DNA of 63,362 bases, the filler included, from Candidatus Rokuibacteriota bacterium (lineage in GTDB: Bacteria; JAUVQV01; DATDCY01): NCBI GenBank assembly GCA_031406795.1. It is 7 parts of 7 records of this genome, joined end to end, with 100 filler letters (N's around TTAATTAATTAA, not from the genome) between each part and the next. Parts side by side here need not be neighbours in the genome. Positions count along the whole stretch, not along the records: positions 25,079 to 53,611 come from JANOHV010000032.1; 6 more parts are not named here. One strand, given 5' to 3'. This document shows positions 40,814-50,793 of this stretch, one piece after another; position 1 is the first letter of the stretch, and each line of letters starts with the position of its first letter. The notes under the pieces were generated by a model. It ran no database searches and had not been told where the DNA came from. It saw only the letters and a list, made by a program, of their open reading frames with translations. The position numbers and the translations under genes are program-made.

Positions 40814-41772
40814 CCGTGCGGACTGCGGGGTTGAGAAGGAGGAAAGCTCTTTGCGTTTGTATTGTCGCTGCCATTTTGCTTGCCGGAAGTACTTTCGGCG
40901 CGCTGAGCGTGGCGGCCGATGCGGCCGGAATTCTATCCGCAGTTTTCGACAGGAAATCGGCGCCCGTCGGCGACGTCGCCCTGCTGACGCTGAAGTTCCA
41001 GCTGCCGGCGGGCGGCACGCTGGCCGACCCGCCGGCGGTGGGCGGGCTCGAAGGCCTGACGATCCTCGGGCGCGAAGTCGGTCCGAACGCCGTCACATTC
41101 AGGGTGCTGGTCGACCAGCTCGAGGCGTTGAAGACCGGGGCGATCTCCCTGGGCTGGCTCGACAAGGACGCGAAGCCGAGCAGGCTCTACGCCGACTCGG
41201 TTTCGCTCCAGGTGATCTCAGGCCTCGGAGACAAACCGGCCGAGGCCCAATTGCGCCCGATTCAGGACATCGTGCCCGTGCGGCCGCCCTGGCTGCGCTA
41301 CGTCCCCTGGGGTCTCGGCCTGCTGGGGCTGCTGCTGGCGGCTGCGGGCCTGTACTGGTGGCTCAAGAGACGGCGGCGGCAGCGCGAGATCGCCGCGAGC
41401 AAGGAACTTCCGCATGTCTGGGCGATGCGGGAGATCGAGCGCCTCGAGGCGCAGAAACTCTTCGAGAAGGGGAAGGTCAAGGAGTTCTATTTCCGTCTCT
41501 CGGAGATCCTGCGCCGCTATCTGGAGGCGATCCGGGGGTTCCCGGCGGCCGAGTACACCGTCGAGGAGATTTCGCGCTACGTTCAGGAAGAGCCGGATCG
41601 GCAGTTGCTGGTCCTGCTGCGGCAGGCTGATCTGGTCAAGTTCGCCGACGACGCCCCGACGGCCGCGCGCAAGGATGACGAACTGCAGGCGGCCAAGGCG
41701 TACGTCCGCGCCACGGCCCCGCCGCCGGAGGCGCCGCCCGCGGGCGCCGTGGCGAAGGGGAGACGCCGATGA
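40810..41772 (+). CDS. Bat-operon membrane protein (DUF4381-like)
   Basis: Signal/TM segments, LSEILRRYLE and ADLVKFA; ATGA overlaps on both sides. Confidence 0.75.
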   Translation: MTVRTAGLRRRKALCVCIVAAILLAGSTFGALSVAADAAGILSAVFDRKSAPVGDVALLTLKFQLPAGGTLADPPAVGGLEGLTILGREVGPNAVTFRVLVDQLEALKTGAISLGWLDKDAKPSRLYADSVSLQVISGLGDKPAEAQLRPIQDIVPVRPPWLRYVPWGLGLLGLLLAAAGLYWWLKRRRRQREIAASKELPHVWAMREIERLEAQKLFEKGKVKEFYFRLSEILRRYLEAIRGFPAAEYTVEEISRYVQEEPDRQLLVLLRQADLVKFADDAPTAARKDDELQAAKAYVRATAPPPEAPPAGAVAKGRRR

Positions 41773-42764
41773 TGTTCCGGTTCGCGTACCCGGCCGTGCT
41801 CTCGCTGCTCGTCGCCATCGCCGGCTGGGTGGCCTTCGCGCTGTGGCGCAAACCGCCCAGCCTCGGCCACCCCGGGACCTCGACGCTGATCAGGATGGCC
41901 GGCAGCGTCAGCCGGATCGGGGGCCGGATTCCGCTGATCCTGCGCGCGCTCTGCCTGGCGCTGCTGGTGCTGGCCGCCGCGCGGCCGCAGTTCTACAACG
42001 TCTCCCGGGAGACCAAGACTTCCGGCGTCGACATCGTGCTCAGCATCGACACCTCCGGCACGATGCGCGCGATGGACTTCAAGATCGACGGCGAGGCCGT
42101 GGATCGGCTGACGGCGGTCAAGAAAGTGGTGAAGGAATTCATCGTCAAGCGGGAGCGCGACCGGATCGGGCTGGTGATTTTCGGCGACGAGGCGTTCACC
42201 CAGTGTCCGCTCACCCTCGACAAGGGGTTGCTGCTCAATCTGGTGGACAAGCTTGAGGTCGGCATGGCCGGCGACCGGACGGCCATCGGCGACGCCATCG
42301 CCGTGGCCGGCAAACGCCTGAAGGATATCAAGGCCGGATCGCGCATCCTCGTGCTGCTGACCGACGGGCGGCACAACGCCGGCGACATCACGCCGCTGCA
42401 GGCGGCGGCGGCGGTCCGGGCGCTGGGGATCAAGGTCTACACGATCGGCGTGGGTGGCACGGGTCCCGCCCCGTTCAAGGTCGACACCATGTTCGGCCCC
42501 CGGGTCGCCTACCAGGAGGTCGACCTCGACGAGGAGACGCTGACCAAAGTCGCGCAGCAGGGCGGCGGGAAGTACTTCCGCGCCGCGGACAGCAAGCGGC
42601 TGGCCGAAATCTACGACATCATCGACCGCGAGGAGAAATCAGAGGTCGACGTCAAGGAGTTTTTCCACTTCCGGGAATTGTACGCGTACTTCCTGATCCC
42701 GGCGCTCGCGCTGCTGGGGCTGGAGATCGTCCTCTCCCTCACCCTGTTCAAGGTTCTCCCATGA
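41769..42764 (+). CDS. batA: BatA-like VWA membrane protein
   Basis: AARPQ, DTSGTM MIDAS motif, TAIGDAI and LLTDG. Confidence 0.88.
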   Translation: MMFRFAYPAVLSLLVAIAGWVAFALWRKPPSLGHPGTSTLIRMAGSVSRIGGRIPLILRALCLALLVLAAARPQFYNVSRETKTSGVDIVLSIDTSGTMRAMDFKIDGEAVDRLTAVKKVVKEFIVKRERDRIGLVIFGDEAFTQCPLTLDKGLLLNLVDKLEVGMAGDRTAIGDAIAVAGKRLKDIKAGSRILVLLTDGRHNAGDITPLQAAAAVRALGIKVYTIGVGGTGPAPFKVDTMFGPRVAYQEVDLDEETLTKVAQQGGGKYFRAADSKRLAEIYDIIDREEKSEVDVKEFFHFRELYAYFLIPALALLGLEIVLSLTLFKVLP

Positions 42765-44539
42765 CCTTTTCGCAAACCTGGGTCCTGCACTTTCTCTGGC
42801 TGATCCCCGTGGTCGGCCTGGCGCTGCTGGCGTATCACCGCCGGCGGGAAAAGGCGCTGGCGCGGTTTGCCGAGCCCGAGCTTCTCGAGCGCCTGACCGG
42901 CGCGGCCATCCCGGGAATGCGCGCGCTGAAAGTCCTGCTGGTCCTCTTCGCGCTCGGCCTGATGATCTTCTCGCTCGCCGGCCCGCGCTGGGGGAGCCAC
43001 TACCAGGAGGTCACGCAAAAGGGCGTCGACATCGTGCTGCTCGCGGACATCTCCCCGAGCATGCTGGTGGAGGACGTCAAACCCAACCGGCTGGAGCGGG
43101 CCAGGCGCGAGATCCACGACTTCCTCAAGGTCGTGCAGGGCGACCGGGTCGGCCTGGTCGCCTTCTCCGGGGCCGCCTACGTGCAGTGTCCGCTGACGCT
43201 CGATTACGCGGCGCTGGACATGTTTCTCCAGGCCCTGAGCCCGGAGCTCATTCCGCTGGCGGGGACGGATCTGGGCGCGGCCATCGAGACCGGCCTCTCG
43301 TCTTTCGACCCGAAAGCCGAAACCGACAAGGTCATGATCCTGATCACCGACGGCGAAGACAACGAGGGACGCGGCCAGGAGGCTGCGCGCAAGGCTGCGG
43401 AGAAGGGGGTCAAGATCTTTGTCTTCGGCGTCGGCGAGGCCGCCGGCGGGCCGGTCCCGGGCGGCGACCAGGGCGGCTTCAAGAAGGACGAGCGGGGGAA
43501 CATGGTGCTCTCGCGCATGGACGAAGCGAGTCTGCAGAGCATCGCCGCGGACACCGGCGGCACCTACGTCCGCTCGGTGGCCGGGGACCTGGATCTGGAC
43601 GTGCTGTACTTCGACGGCATCAGGTCCAGGACCACGGCGCAGACGCTCAAGAGCGGCAAGATCAGGATCGAGGAGGAGCGCTTCTTCCTCTTCCTGGTCC
43701 CCGCATTTCTCCTGCTGCTGATCGAGGGCTTCCTGGCCGAGCGCAAGGCCTTCCGTCCGACGCTCCTGATGCTGCCGCTGCTGGTCGCCGGCAGCCTGGT
43801 CCACGCGGGTCGCGCGCAGGCTGCCGAGGACCCCGACCAGCTCTACCGCAAGGGGCGCTACGCCGAGGCCGAGAAGGCGTACGCCGACCTCGACATGGAT
43901 CACCCGAAGGACGTCCGGTACCGCTACGATCGCGGCTGCGCCGCCTATCAGAAGGGCGACTATCAGGCGGCAATCGCGGCGTTCTCCAGCGCGTCCGTCA
44001 GGGCCGGCGACGATCCGATGCGGTTCAAGGCGACCTACAACCTTGGCAATGCCGTGTTCCAGAAGGGTGATTTCGCGGCGGCGGCCGATCTCTATCGCAA
44101 CGCGCTGCGCCACGACCCGGCGAGCGCGGACGCCCGGCACAACCTGGAACTTGCGCTGCACAAGCTTAGACAGCAGAAAGAGGACCAGAAGAAGCAGGAC
44201 CAGCAGCAGAAGGACCAGAAGAAGAAGGACGAGCAACAGGGGTCCCCGGACCAGCAGAAGGGCGGCGAGGAAAAAGGCGACGGCAAGAAGGAGCCAAAGC
44301 CGGGCCCGGAGTCGGGAAAGGCCGGCGCGGAAAAGTCCCCGGACCTCTCCGGCGAGCTGAAGCCGCTCAACGAGCTGCCGGAAAGCGCGCGGCAGGATGA
44401 GGCGGCCAAGGCCGCGGCCACCTCGGCCGAGAAGCGAATGGCAGAGGCCCTGCTGAACAATGTCAGCGAGGACCGCTCGCACCTGCGTCCGCCGGGAGCG
44501 GCACGGCGTCGCGCGGTCCGGTCGGGCAAGGACTGGTAG
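42761..44539 (+). CDS. batB: BatB-BatC fusion (VWA + TPR + low-complexity tail)
   Basis: DISPSM MIDAS motif, KPNRLERA, ITDGED, TPR YNLGN, a Q/K-rich stretch and a terminal KDW. Confidence 0.85.
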   Translation: MTFSQTWVLHFLWLIPVVGLALLAYHRRREKALARFAEPELLERLTGAAIPGMRALKVLLVLFALGLMIFSLAGPRWGSHYQEVTQKGVDIVLLADISPSMLVEDVKPNRLERARREIHDFLKVVQGDRVGLVAFSGAAYVQCPLTLDYAALDMFLQALSPELIPLAGTDLGAAIETGLSSFDPKAETDKVMILITDGEDNEGRGQEAARKAAEKGVKIFVFGVGEAAGGPVPGGDQGGFKKDERGNMVLSRMDEASLQSIAADTGGTYVRSVAGDLDLDVLYFDGIRSRTTAQTLKSGKIRIEEERFFLFLVPAFLLLLIEGFLAERKAFRPTLLMLPLLVAGSLVHAGRAQAAEDPDQLYRKGRYAEAEKAYADLDMDHPKDVRYRYDRGCAAYQKGDYQAAIAAFSSASVRAGDDPMRFKATYNLGNAVFQKGDFAAAADLYRNALRHDPASADARHNLELALHKLRQQKEDQKKQDQQQKDQKKKDEQQGSPDQQKGGEEKGDGKKEPKPGPESGKAGAEKSPDLSGELKPLNELPESARQDEAAKAAATSAEKRMAEALLNNVSEDRSHLRPPGAARRRAVRSGKDW

Positions 44540-44545
44540 CGGTTC

Positions 44546-46306
44546 GTGAAACGACGCGCACCGGGTCTGCTGGCCGCGCTGGCGGTGGTTTCCCTGCTGG
44601 CCATCGCGCGCCCGGCGAATTGCGAAGTGACGCTGAGCCTGAGTCTCGATCGGTCCGAGGCGACCCTGGTCGACAGCGTGATGCTCTCGGTCAGCGTTTC
44701 CGGTGCCCGCGGGCAGGCCGCCCGGCCGGCGATCCAGGGGCTCGACGATTTTCTCGTCCGCCCGGCCGGGGCATCGACGCGGGTGCAAATCGTCAACGGG
44801 GCGTACAGCTCCGGAACCGATTTCACCTTCGTGATCCAGCCGAAGAAGGCCGGGGCCTTCAGCATCGGGCCGGCCCAGCTGACGGTCGACGGCACGACCT
44901 ACAGCAGCAACGTGGCGGCGCTGGCTGTCGGTCAGCCCGTCGCCTCACCGGACGGCGATCGCGGGCCGGTCTTTCTCGTCGCTTCCATCGCGCCCGCGAA
45001 AGTCTACATCGAGCAGCAGGCGATCTACACGCTGAAGCTCTACCGGTCGGTGAGCATCGCCGACGCCTCCGTCAACGTCCCCGAGCTGGACGGCGTCGCC
45101 ATCGCGAAACACGGCGAGCCGCGCGAGTACCAGGGAGTGCACCAGGGGCGGCCCTATCAGATCATCGAGGTGCGCTACCTCGTCACGCCGCAGAGAGCGG
45201 GGAACTTCACGCTGCCCCCGACGCGGATGGATCTGACGGTGTACACGCCGCAGAACCGCCCCCGCCGCGGCATTTTCGACGATCCCTTCTTCGGCCAGCG
45301 GGCGTCCGGGCGCCCCCAGGCGCTGATGAGCGAGGCGCTGCCGTTCCCGGTGCTGCCGCTGCCTCTGGACGGGCGGCCGGCGGATTTCGGCGGGTTGGTC
45401 GGCGGCTTCACGCTGGAGGCGACGCTCGAGCCGCGGGAGCTCAAGGCGGGAGAGTCCGCGACCCTGAGGGCGACCGTCCGCGGCCGGGGCAACGTCAAAC
45501 GAATTCCGGAGTTGAAGATTCCGACCCTCGACGGCATCAAGGTCTATGCCGATCAGCCGGTCCTGAAGAGCGAGAACGACGGCGACGGCGTCACCGTGAC
45601 CAAGATCCTGACCTGGGCGCTCGTACCGGAGCGGGCGGGGCGCTACCAGATCCCCCCGCTCGCGTTGAGTTACTTCGACACCGCCTCCGGTCGCTACAAG
45701 AGCCTGAAGACAACCGGCGCGACGCTCACGGTCGCCCCGGGCCGGCCGGGAGACCTGCCCGCCCCCCCGCGTGTGGCGGGAACGGCCGCGCCGGCCCAGC
45801 CCAAGCGGGAGGTCGCCGAGTTGGGCAGCGACATCCTGCCCGTCCACGCCACGATCGGCGAAACCGCCTCCGGGCTGGCGGCCCTGCCCGGCGCGGCGGT
45901 CTTCTGGCTGCTGCTGATCGGGCCCGTCGCGGCGTTTCTGCTGACGTTCGGCGGCGCGGCCCTCCGGCAACGATCGGCGGGCATCACCGCGGCGCGCAGC
46001 GTGCGAAGAGCCGCCGGCGTGTTCGCGCGCGCCTGCGAGCGCAGTGGACTGACCGCGGATGAACTGATGCAAGCCTTGCAGGACTACCTGAGCCAGCGGT
46101 TGAGCCTCGCTCGCGGGTCACTGACCGCCGACGAAGCCGCCGCGCTGCTGCGATCGAGAAGCGTGAACGAGAGGACGGTCGGCGAGCTGCACGGGCTCTG
46201 GCGGCGCGTCGAGGATGCAATCTACACCGGCAGGGGCGGCGAGGCGACCACGGCGGGCGCGGCCCTCGCCGCTCTGGTCGCGCGCATCGAGAAGGAGCTG
46301 CCATGA
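44546..46306 (+). CDS. batD: BatD family protein
   Basis: Signal peptide, repeated beta-sandwich segments, FDDPFFG, V.G.GN and a C-terminal TM; operon context. Confidence 0.85.
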   Translation: MKRRAPGLLAALAVVSLLAIARPANCEVTLSLSLDRSEATLVDSVMLSVSVSGARGQAARPAIQGLDDFLVRPAGASTRVQIVNGAYSSGTDFTFVIQPKKAGAFSIGPAQLTVDGTTYSSNVAALAVGQPVASPDGDRGPVFLVASIAPAKVYIEQQAIYTLKLYRSVSIADASVNVPELDGVAIAKHGEPREYQGVHQGRPYQIIEVRYLVTPQRAGNFTLPPTRMDLTVYTPQNRPRRGIFDDPFFGQRASGRPQALMSEALPFPVLPLPLDGRPADFGGLVGGFTLEATLEPRELKAGESATLRATVRGRGNVKRIPELKIPTLDGIKVYADQPVLKSENDGDGVTVTKILTWALVPERAGRYQIPPLALSYFDTASGRYKSLKTTGATLTVAPGRPGDLPAPPRVAGTAAPAQPKREVAELGSDILPVHATIGETASGLAALPGAAVFWLLLIGPVAAFLLTFGGAALRQRSAGITAARSVRRAAGVFARACERSGLTADELMQALQDYLSQRLSLARGSLTADEAAALLRSRSVNERTVGELHGLWRRVEDAIYTGRGGEATTAGAALAALVARIEKELP

Positions 46307-47085
46307 GGAGACTCCTGCTCCTGCTGGCGGCGCTGTGCGTTGCGGCGCCGCTTTGGGCAGCTTCCCCCGAGAGCCGCAAGGTCCTGCAGGAGGCCGATCG
46401 GGCCTACCGGGAGGCGCAGTACCAGGCCGCCCAGGACGGTTACCTGCAGCTGCTGAGGAACGAAGGCGCGACCGGGCACCTGTTGTACAACCTCGGCAAC
46501 ACCGCGTTCCGGCTGAACCAGACTGGGCGGGCGATCCTCTACTACGAACGGGCCCGGCTGCTGCTGCCCCGGGACCCGGACCTCGCGTACAACCTCGCTC
46601 GCGCGCGTGAACTGGCGCGGGACGCCGCCCCCGGATCGGCGGGCTTCGCCAACGCCGCTTTCTTCTGGCTCGGCTCCCTGACTCTGGCCGAGATCTTCTG
46701 GTTCTTCGCCGCCACCAACGTGCTCTTCTGGTCCCTGATGCTGCTGAGGCTGTATGTCAAGGCCGAGTGGACCCACTACCTGCTCTACCTGTTCCTCACG
46801 GTCTGGCTCATCGCGGGCGCATCCTTCTGGATGAAATGGCACCAGGTCGGCAGCGACGACCGGGCGGTCATCCTCGCGGCGGAGGTCGGTATCCTGGCCG
46901 GGCCGGACATCCGCGACACGCTGCTTTTCAAGCTGCACGAGGGCACCATCGTGCGCCAGGAGCGCACCGAGGAGGGCTGGTCCCTGATCCGTCTGGCCGA
47001 CGGCAAGCGCGGCTGGCTGCGGAGCGAGGGGCTGGAGAGGATCGTCGCTGGATACAAACCCACAAGAGGGCTTTCCTCGCCGTAG
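46303..47085 (+). CDS. batE: BatE-like TPR/SH3 membrane protein
   Basis: LYNLGNT..AILYYERA..LLPRDPD, two TMs and LFKLHEG...GKRGW SH3 motif. Confidence 0.85.
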   Translation: MRRLLLLLAALCVAAPLWAASPESRKVLQEADRAYREAQYQAAQDGYLQLLRNEGATGHLLYNLGNTAFRLNQTGRAILYYERARLLLPRDPDLAYNLARARELARDAAPGSAGFANAAFFWLGSLTLAEIFWFFAATNVLFWSLMLLRLYVKAEWTHYLLYLFLTVWLIAGASFWMKWHQVGSDDRAVILAAEVGILAGPDIRDTLLFKLHEGTIVRQERTEEGWSLIRLADGKRGWLRSEGLERIVAGYKPTRGLSSP

Positions 47086-47413
47086 CGCTGTTGTTGATGA
47101 CGGCATCGCTGGCCTCCGCAATCAGAGAACGAATCGTGAAGGGCAGGAATTCTGGCCTGATCATCTTCGGCGTTGCCCTCGTGACGATGGCAGCCCTCTT
47201 CGGCTACTCCTGGATCAGGAATGGGTCGCTGTTCTGAAGCGGGCAGGACACTCAGGGCAGAGTGAAGGCGGTCTCCGAAGGTCCCGAGTGCCGGCGTTAT
47301 CGGCCGGCCTGCGGCTCCGCGCAGGTTGACACGCCGATCCCGGTGCCTCGGTCAAGTCGGAACATCGCGAATGCATTGTCGGCCGCGACACTCTGGTATG
47401 ATGCTTGGTTGTC

Positions 47414-48196
47414 ATGGTCGAGAGCGTCGTCTACCCGAAACCCTGGCTGCTCTTCTGGGCGGCGGGCGCGCTCGCCTTCGGCTATCTGGTCGTCGTGCTG
47501 GCGTTGCGCTGGCGCGGCTGGGCGCGCGGCCTGAGTCTGCCCGCGCCGCCGCCGCACCGACGCGGCAAGGTCGCCGGCATCTGGTTCGTCGAGGTGTTCG
47601 CGCAGCCGCAGCTGCTGCGGCTCTCGCGGCTGCGCTGGGCCGCCCACATCGGGATCTTCTGGGGCTTCATGGCGCTGGTGCTGCTCTCCACGCTGCACGT
47701 CGTCCTGGGGCTGCTCGAGTATCTGGCGCTCGACGGCGGGGCCGCCGCCTGGATCCTGCGCGGCGACGGGCGCGCCGCCCTCAAGGTCTGGGGCAATTTC
47801 TTCGGCCTGGTCCTGCTCGCCGGGCTGCTGCTGGGGCTCGCCCGCCGGGTCGTCCCCGGGACAACCCCCGCCGCCGAATCGCGCGAGAGCGATGCGCCGC
47901 TGCTGTTCTTCATGCTCTGGCTGACGCTGTCGGGTTTCCTGCTCGAGGCGCTGCGCGTCGCCGCGGGCGCGGATCCGGCGGCCGCGGCCGCGCTGCGCCC
48001 CTGGTTGACCGCCCTCTGGACGATTCACGGGCTCAGCGGCGTGGCGCTCGTCGCCTGGGTGCCGCACAGCTCACTGATGCACAGCGTGCTGGCGCCGGTG
48101 GTGATCGCCCTCAACGCGCGCAACGAACACGCACGGGAGGATCTTGATTGGTACGCAAAGACAAAGCCCCCGGCGCTCGGATCGCCGAAGGCCTGA
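47414..48196 (+). CDS. NarI/HdrE-like cytochrome b membrane anchor
   Basis: About five TM helices and four suitably placed His (AAHIG, TLHVV, TIHGL, LMHSV); TLSGFLLEALR. Confidence 0.7.
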   Translation: MVESVVYPKPWLLFWAAGALAFGYLVVVLALRWRGWARGLSLPAPPPHRRGKVAGIWFVEVFAQPQLLRLSRLRWAAHIGIFWGFMALVLLSTLHVVLGLLEYLALDGGAAAWILRGDGRAALKVWGNFFGLVLLAGLLLGLARRVVPGTTPAAESRESDAPLLFFMLWLTLSGFLLEALRVAAGADPAAAAALRPWLTALWTIHGLSGVALVAWVPHSSLMHSVLAPVVIALNARNEHAREDLDWYAKTKPPALGSPKA

Positions 48197-49395
48197 GCTG
48201 GCGCCAGCTCGTCGAGCTGGAAGCCTGCGCGCGTTGCGGCGAGTGCCGCACCTGGTGCCCCGTGTACGCCCAGGACGCGCGGGAGTCGAGCTGCGCGCGC
48301 GGCAAGTTGGCGGCGCTGCGCGGGCTGGTGGGCGGCGGCCTGCCGGAGGCCGGGCGGTCCGATTTCCAGCAGAGTCTCTACGAGTGCTCGGCCTGCGGGC
48401 AGTGCCACGTCGTCTGCCCGGTCCGCATTGACACCCCCGAGCTGTGGGAGCAGGCGCGCCTGGCGCTGGTGCGCGCGGGCCTGCCGCGCCCCGAGTCCCA
48501 GTCGCGGCTGATCGCCACCATCCGGGAGTTCGACAACTCCTATTCCCGGCCGCAGGCGGAGCGGGGCCGCTGGGCGGTGCGCGCCTTCGAGGACGGCGTG
48601 CTGAAGGAGCCGGTGCGTCTCTGGCGGGAACGGCCCGCACCCTATCTCTACTTCGCCGGGTGCACCGCGAGCTTCGACGCGCCGATGCAGTACGTCGCCG
48701 CGCTGTCGGCTCGGCTGCTCCAGGAGGCGGGGATCGATTTCGCGATCCTCGGGCCGGACGAGCCCTGCTGCGCCAGCAAGCTGCGGCGCATGGGGGACGA
48801 GACCTTCCCCGCCGAGGCGGCGCGGCGCATCTCGGTGCTCGGCGGGCTCGGCGGCGCGACCATCGTCGCCTCGTGCGCCGGCTGCTTTAAGGGGCTGCAC
48901 GGGGACTACGCGCGGCTGCCGTCGGGCAAGCTGCCGGTGCTTCACCTGACGCAACTGCTCGATCGGCTGATCATCGAGGGGCGGCTGAAACCGCGCTTCG
49001 AGGTCCCGCTGCGGGTCACTTACCACGATCCCTGCCACCTCGGGCGTCACAGCCAGATCTACGAGGAGCCGCGGCGCGTGCTGCGGTCGATTCCCGGGCT
49101 GCAGCTGGTCGAGATGCCGCGCCACGGCGCGTTCTCGTCCTGTTGCGGCATGGGCGGCGGCCTCAAGCTCGCCAACGAGGGGCTCCAGCACCGGATCGCG
49201 GCCGCGCGGATTCGCGAGGCCGAGGCGACCGGCGTACAGGCGATCGTCACGCCCTGCCAGACCTGCTGTCTCGGCCTGATCAACGGCGTCAAGGAGACCG
49301 GCTCCGACATCAGGGTGCTGCACCTGAACGACGTGGTGGCCGCGGCGGTCTGCCCGGAGGTCTCCTCCGTCGTGGTGCCCGGGTCTTTCTCGTAG
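48148..49395 (+). CDS. HdrD/GlpC-like Fe-S oxidoreductase (2x[4Fe-4S] + two CCG domains)
   Basis: CARCGECRTWCP, CSACGQCHVVCP, FAGC..EPCC..SCAGC and YHDPCHLGR..CCG..TPCQTC. Confidence 0.88.
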   Translation: MVRKDKAPGARIAEGLSWRQLVELEACARCGECRTWCPVYAQDARESSCARGKLAALRGLVGGGLPEAGRSDFQQSLYECSACGQCHVVCPVRIDTPELWEQARLALVRAGLPRPESQSRLIATIREFDNSYSRPQAERGRWAVRAFEDGVLKEPVRLWRERPAPYLYFAGCTASFDAPMQYVAALSARLLQEAGIDFAILGPDEPCCASKLRRMGDETFPAEAARRISVLGGLGGATIVASCAGCFKGLHGDYARLPSGKLPVLHLTQLLDRLIIEGRLKPRFEVPLRVTYHDPCHLGRHSQIYEEPRRVLRSIPGLQLVEMPRHGAFSSCCGMGGGLKLANEGLQHRIAAARIREAEATGVQAIVTPCQTCCLGLINGVKETGSDIRVLHLNDVVAAAVCPEVSSVVVPGSFS

Positions 49396-49473
49396 ATCTC
49401 GAGCTGGCAAGCTGCCGAGCTCTCCTTCTCGCTTCGGCCGCCGACCGCTGCGCCTCCGCCACGGGTGCCCGCT

Positions 49474-50604
49474 TCAGGCGCCGAGGCAGATGTTCAGGCG
49501 CCGCAGCGTCTGGATCCAGGGGTGGTCCGGAGGGACACTGCGCCGCTTGCCCGCCACCTCGGAGAGTTCCACGTGGACGGGGGACTGGCCGCGGATCCCC
49601 ACCATGACCCCCGAGCCGCCCTTGGCCAGCAGCCGCGCGGCTTCGGAGCCGAGAACGGTGGCCAGCGTCCGGTCCGCGGCGGTCGGCGTCCCGCCCCGCA
49701 TGACGTGCCCGAGCGCCGTGAGGCGCGTCTCGAGCCCGCTGCCCTTTTCGATCTGGCGGGTCAGGCGCAGGCTCAGGGACATCTCCGGGTGCGATGCGGG
49801 CAGAGGCGTCCTTTTCGAGCGCTTCCCGGCGCTGGCCTTCGACCCCTTCTGCTCGGCGGCTTTCGCCAGCCGGGCCGCCTCAGGCGCCGAGAGCGCCCCT
49901 TCCGCGAAAGCGACGATGGAGAAGCGCTTGCCGCCTCGCTTGCGTTCGACCACGGCGTCGATCACCGCGTCGACGGAGTAGGGCAGTTCGGGGAGAAGAA
50001 CCACGTCCGCACCCCCGGCGAGCCCGGCCGCCGCGGCGATCCACCCCGTGTTGTGCCCCATGACTTCGACGAGCATCACGCGCTGGTGGCTCGACGCGGT
50101 GGAGTGGATCCGGTCGATCGCGTCGGTGGCGATCTGGACGGCGGTGTCGAAACCGAAGCAGACGTCCGTGCCCCAGACGTCGTTGTCGATCGTCTTCGGC
50201 AGCGTCACGATCTTCATGTCCGAGTTCTGCATCAGATGCAGCGCGTTCTTCTGCGTCCCGCCGCCGCCGATGCAGACGAGGGCGTCGAGGTGCAGTTTGT
50301 GGTAGTTCTCGACTGCCTGCTCCGTCATGTCGACGGTGCGCCCGCCGAGCGGCATCTTGTTCGGCTTGTCGCGGCTTGTCCCCAGGATGGTCCCCCCGAG
50401 CGTCAGGATGTCGGAGAGGTCGGCGTCGGTGAGCCGCTGGGAGCGGTTCTCCACCAGACCGCGGAATCCGTCGAGGATGCCGACGACGTCCATCCCGTAG
50501 GACTTCATCGCGGTCTTGGCCACGGCGCGGATCGCCGCGTTGAGCCCCTGGCAGTCCCCGCCGGAGGTGAGAATCCCGATCGATCTGATCTTCTTCCTCG
50601 CCAT
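49474..50604 (-). CDS. pfkA: 6-phosphofructokinase (group III-like)
   Basis: LTSGGDCQGLN, GGTILGTSR, PKTIDND, VEVMGH and LGHVMRGG. Confidence 0.92.
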   Translation of the reverse strand: MARKKIRSIGILTSGGDCQGLNAAIRAVAKTAMKSYGMDVVGILDGFRGLVENRSQRLTDADLSDILTLGGTILGTSRDKPNKMPLGGRTVDMTEQAVENYHKLHLDALVCIGGGGTQKNALHLMQNSDMKIVTLPKTIDNDVWGTDVCFGFDTAVQIATDAIDRIHSTASSHQRVMLVEVMGHNTGWIAAAAGLAGGADVVLLPELPYSVDAVIDAVVERKRGGKRFSIVAFAEGALSAPEAARLAKAAEQKGSKASAGKRSKRTPLPASHPEMSLSLRLTRQIEKGSGLETRLTALGHVMRGGTPTAADRTLATVLGSEAARLLAKGGSGVMVGIRGQSPVHVELSEVAGKRRSVPPDHPWIQTLRRLNICLGA

Positions 50605-50793
50605 CGTCACCCCCCCCCTCTCGCAATCGCTTGGTGCTACCCCGGAACTCTGCTGCGGAGTCGGCAGGGAGCGTCCTGATTCGTCCTGGCAAGGCAGCGG
50701 GGATGGGCGCGCGGAGGCGGGCTCGTGCCCGCCGCACAAGCAGCCCAACCCGCAACGCCGCCAGGGCGGATCAGGGCCTCCCTGCCGACCCCG

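Noticed and set aside
42611..44788. Long antisense or alternative-frame ORFs (also 29554-31371, 36787-38715, 50725-52665, 61578-63200)
   Set aside because: Expected shadow ORFs in GC-rich DNA, overlapping well-supported genes.
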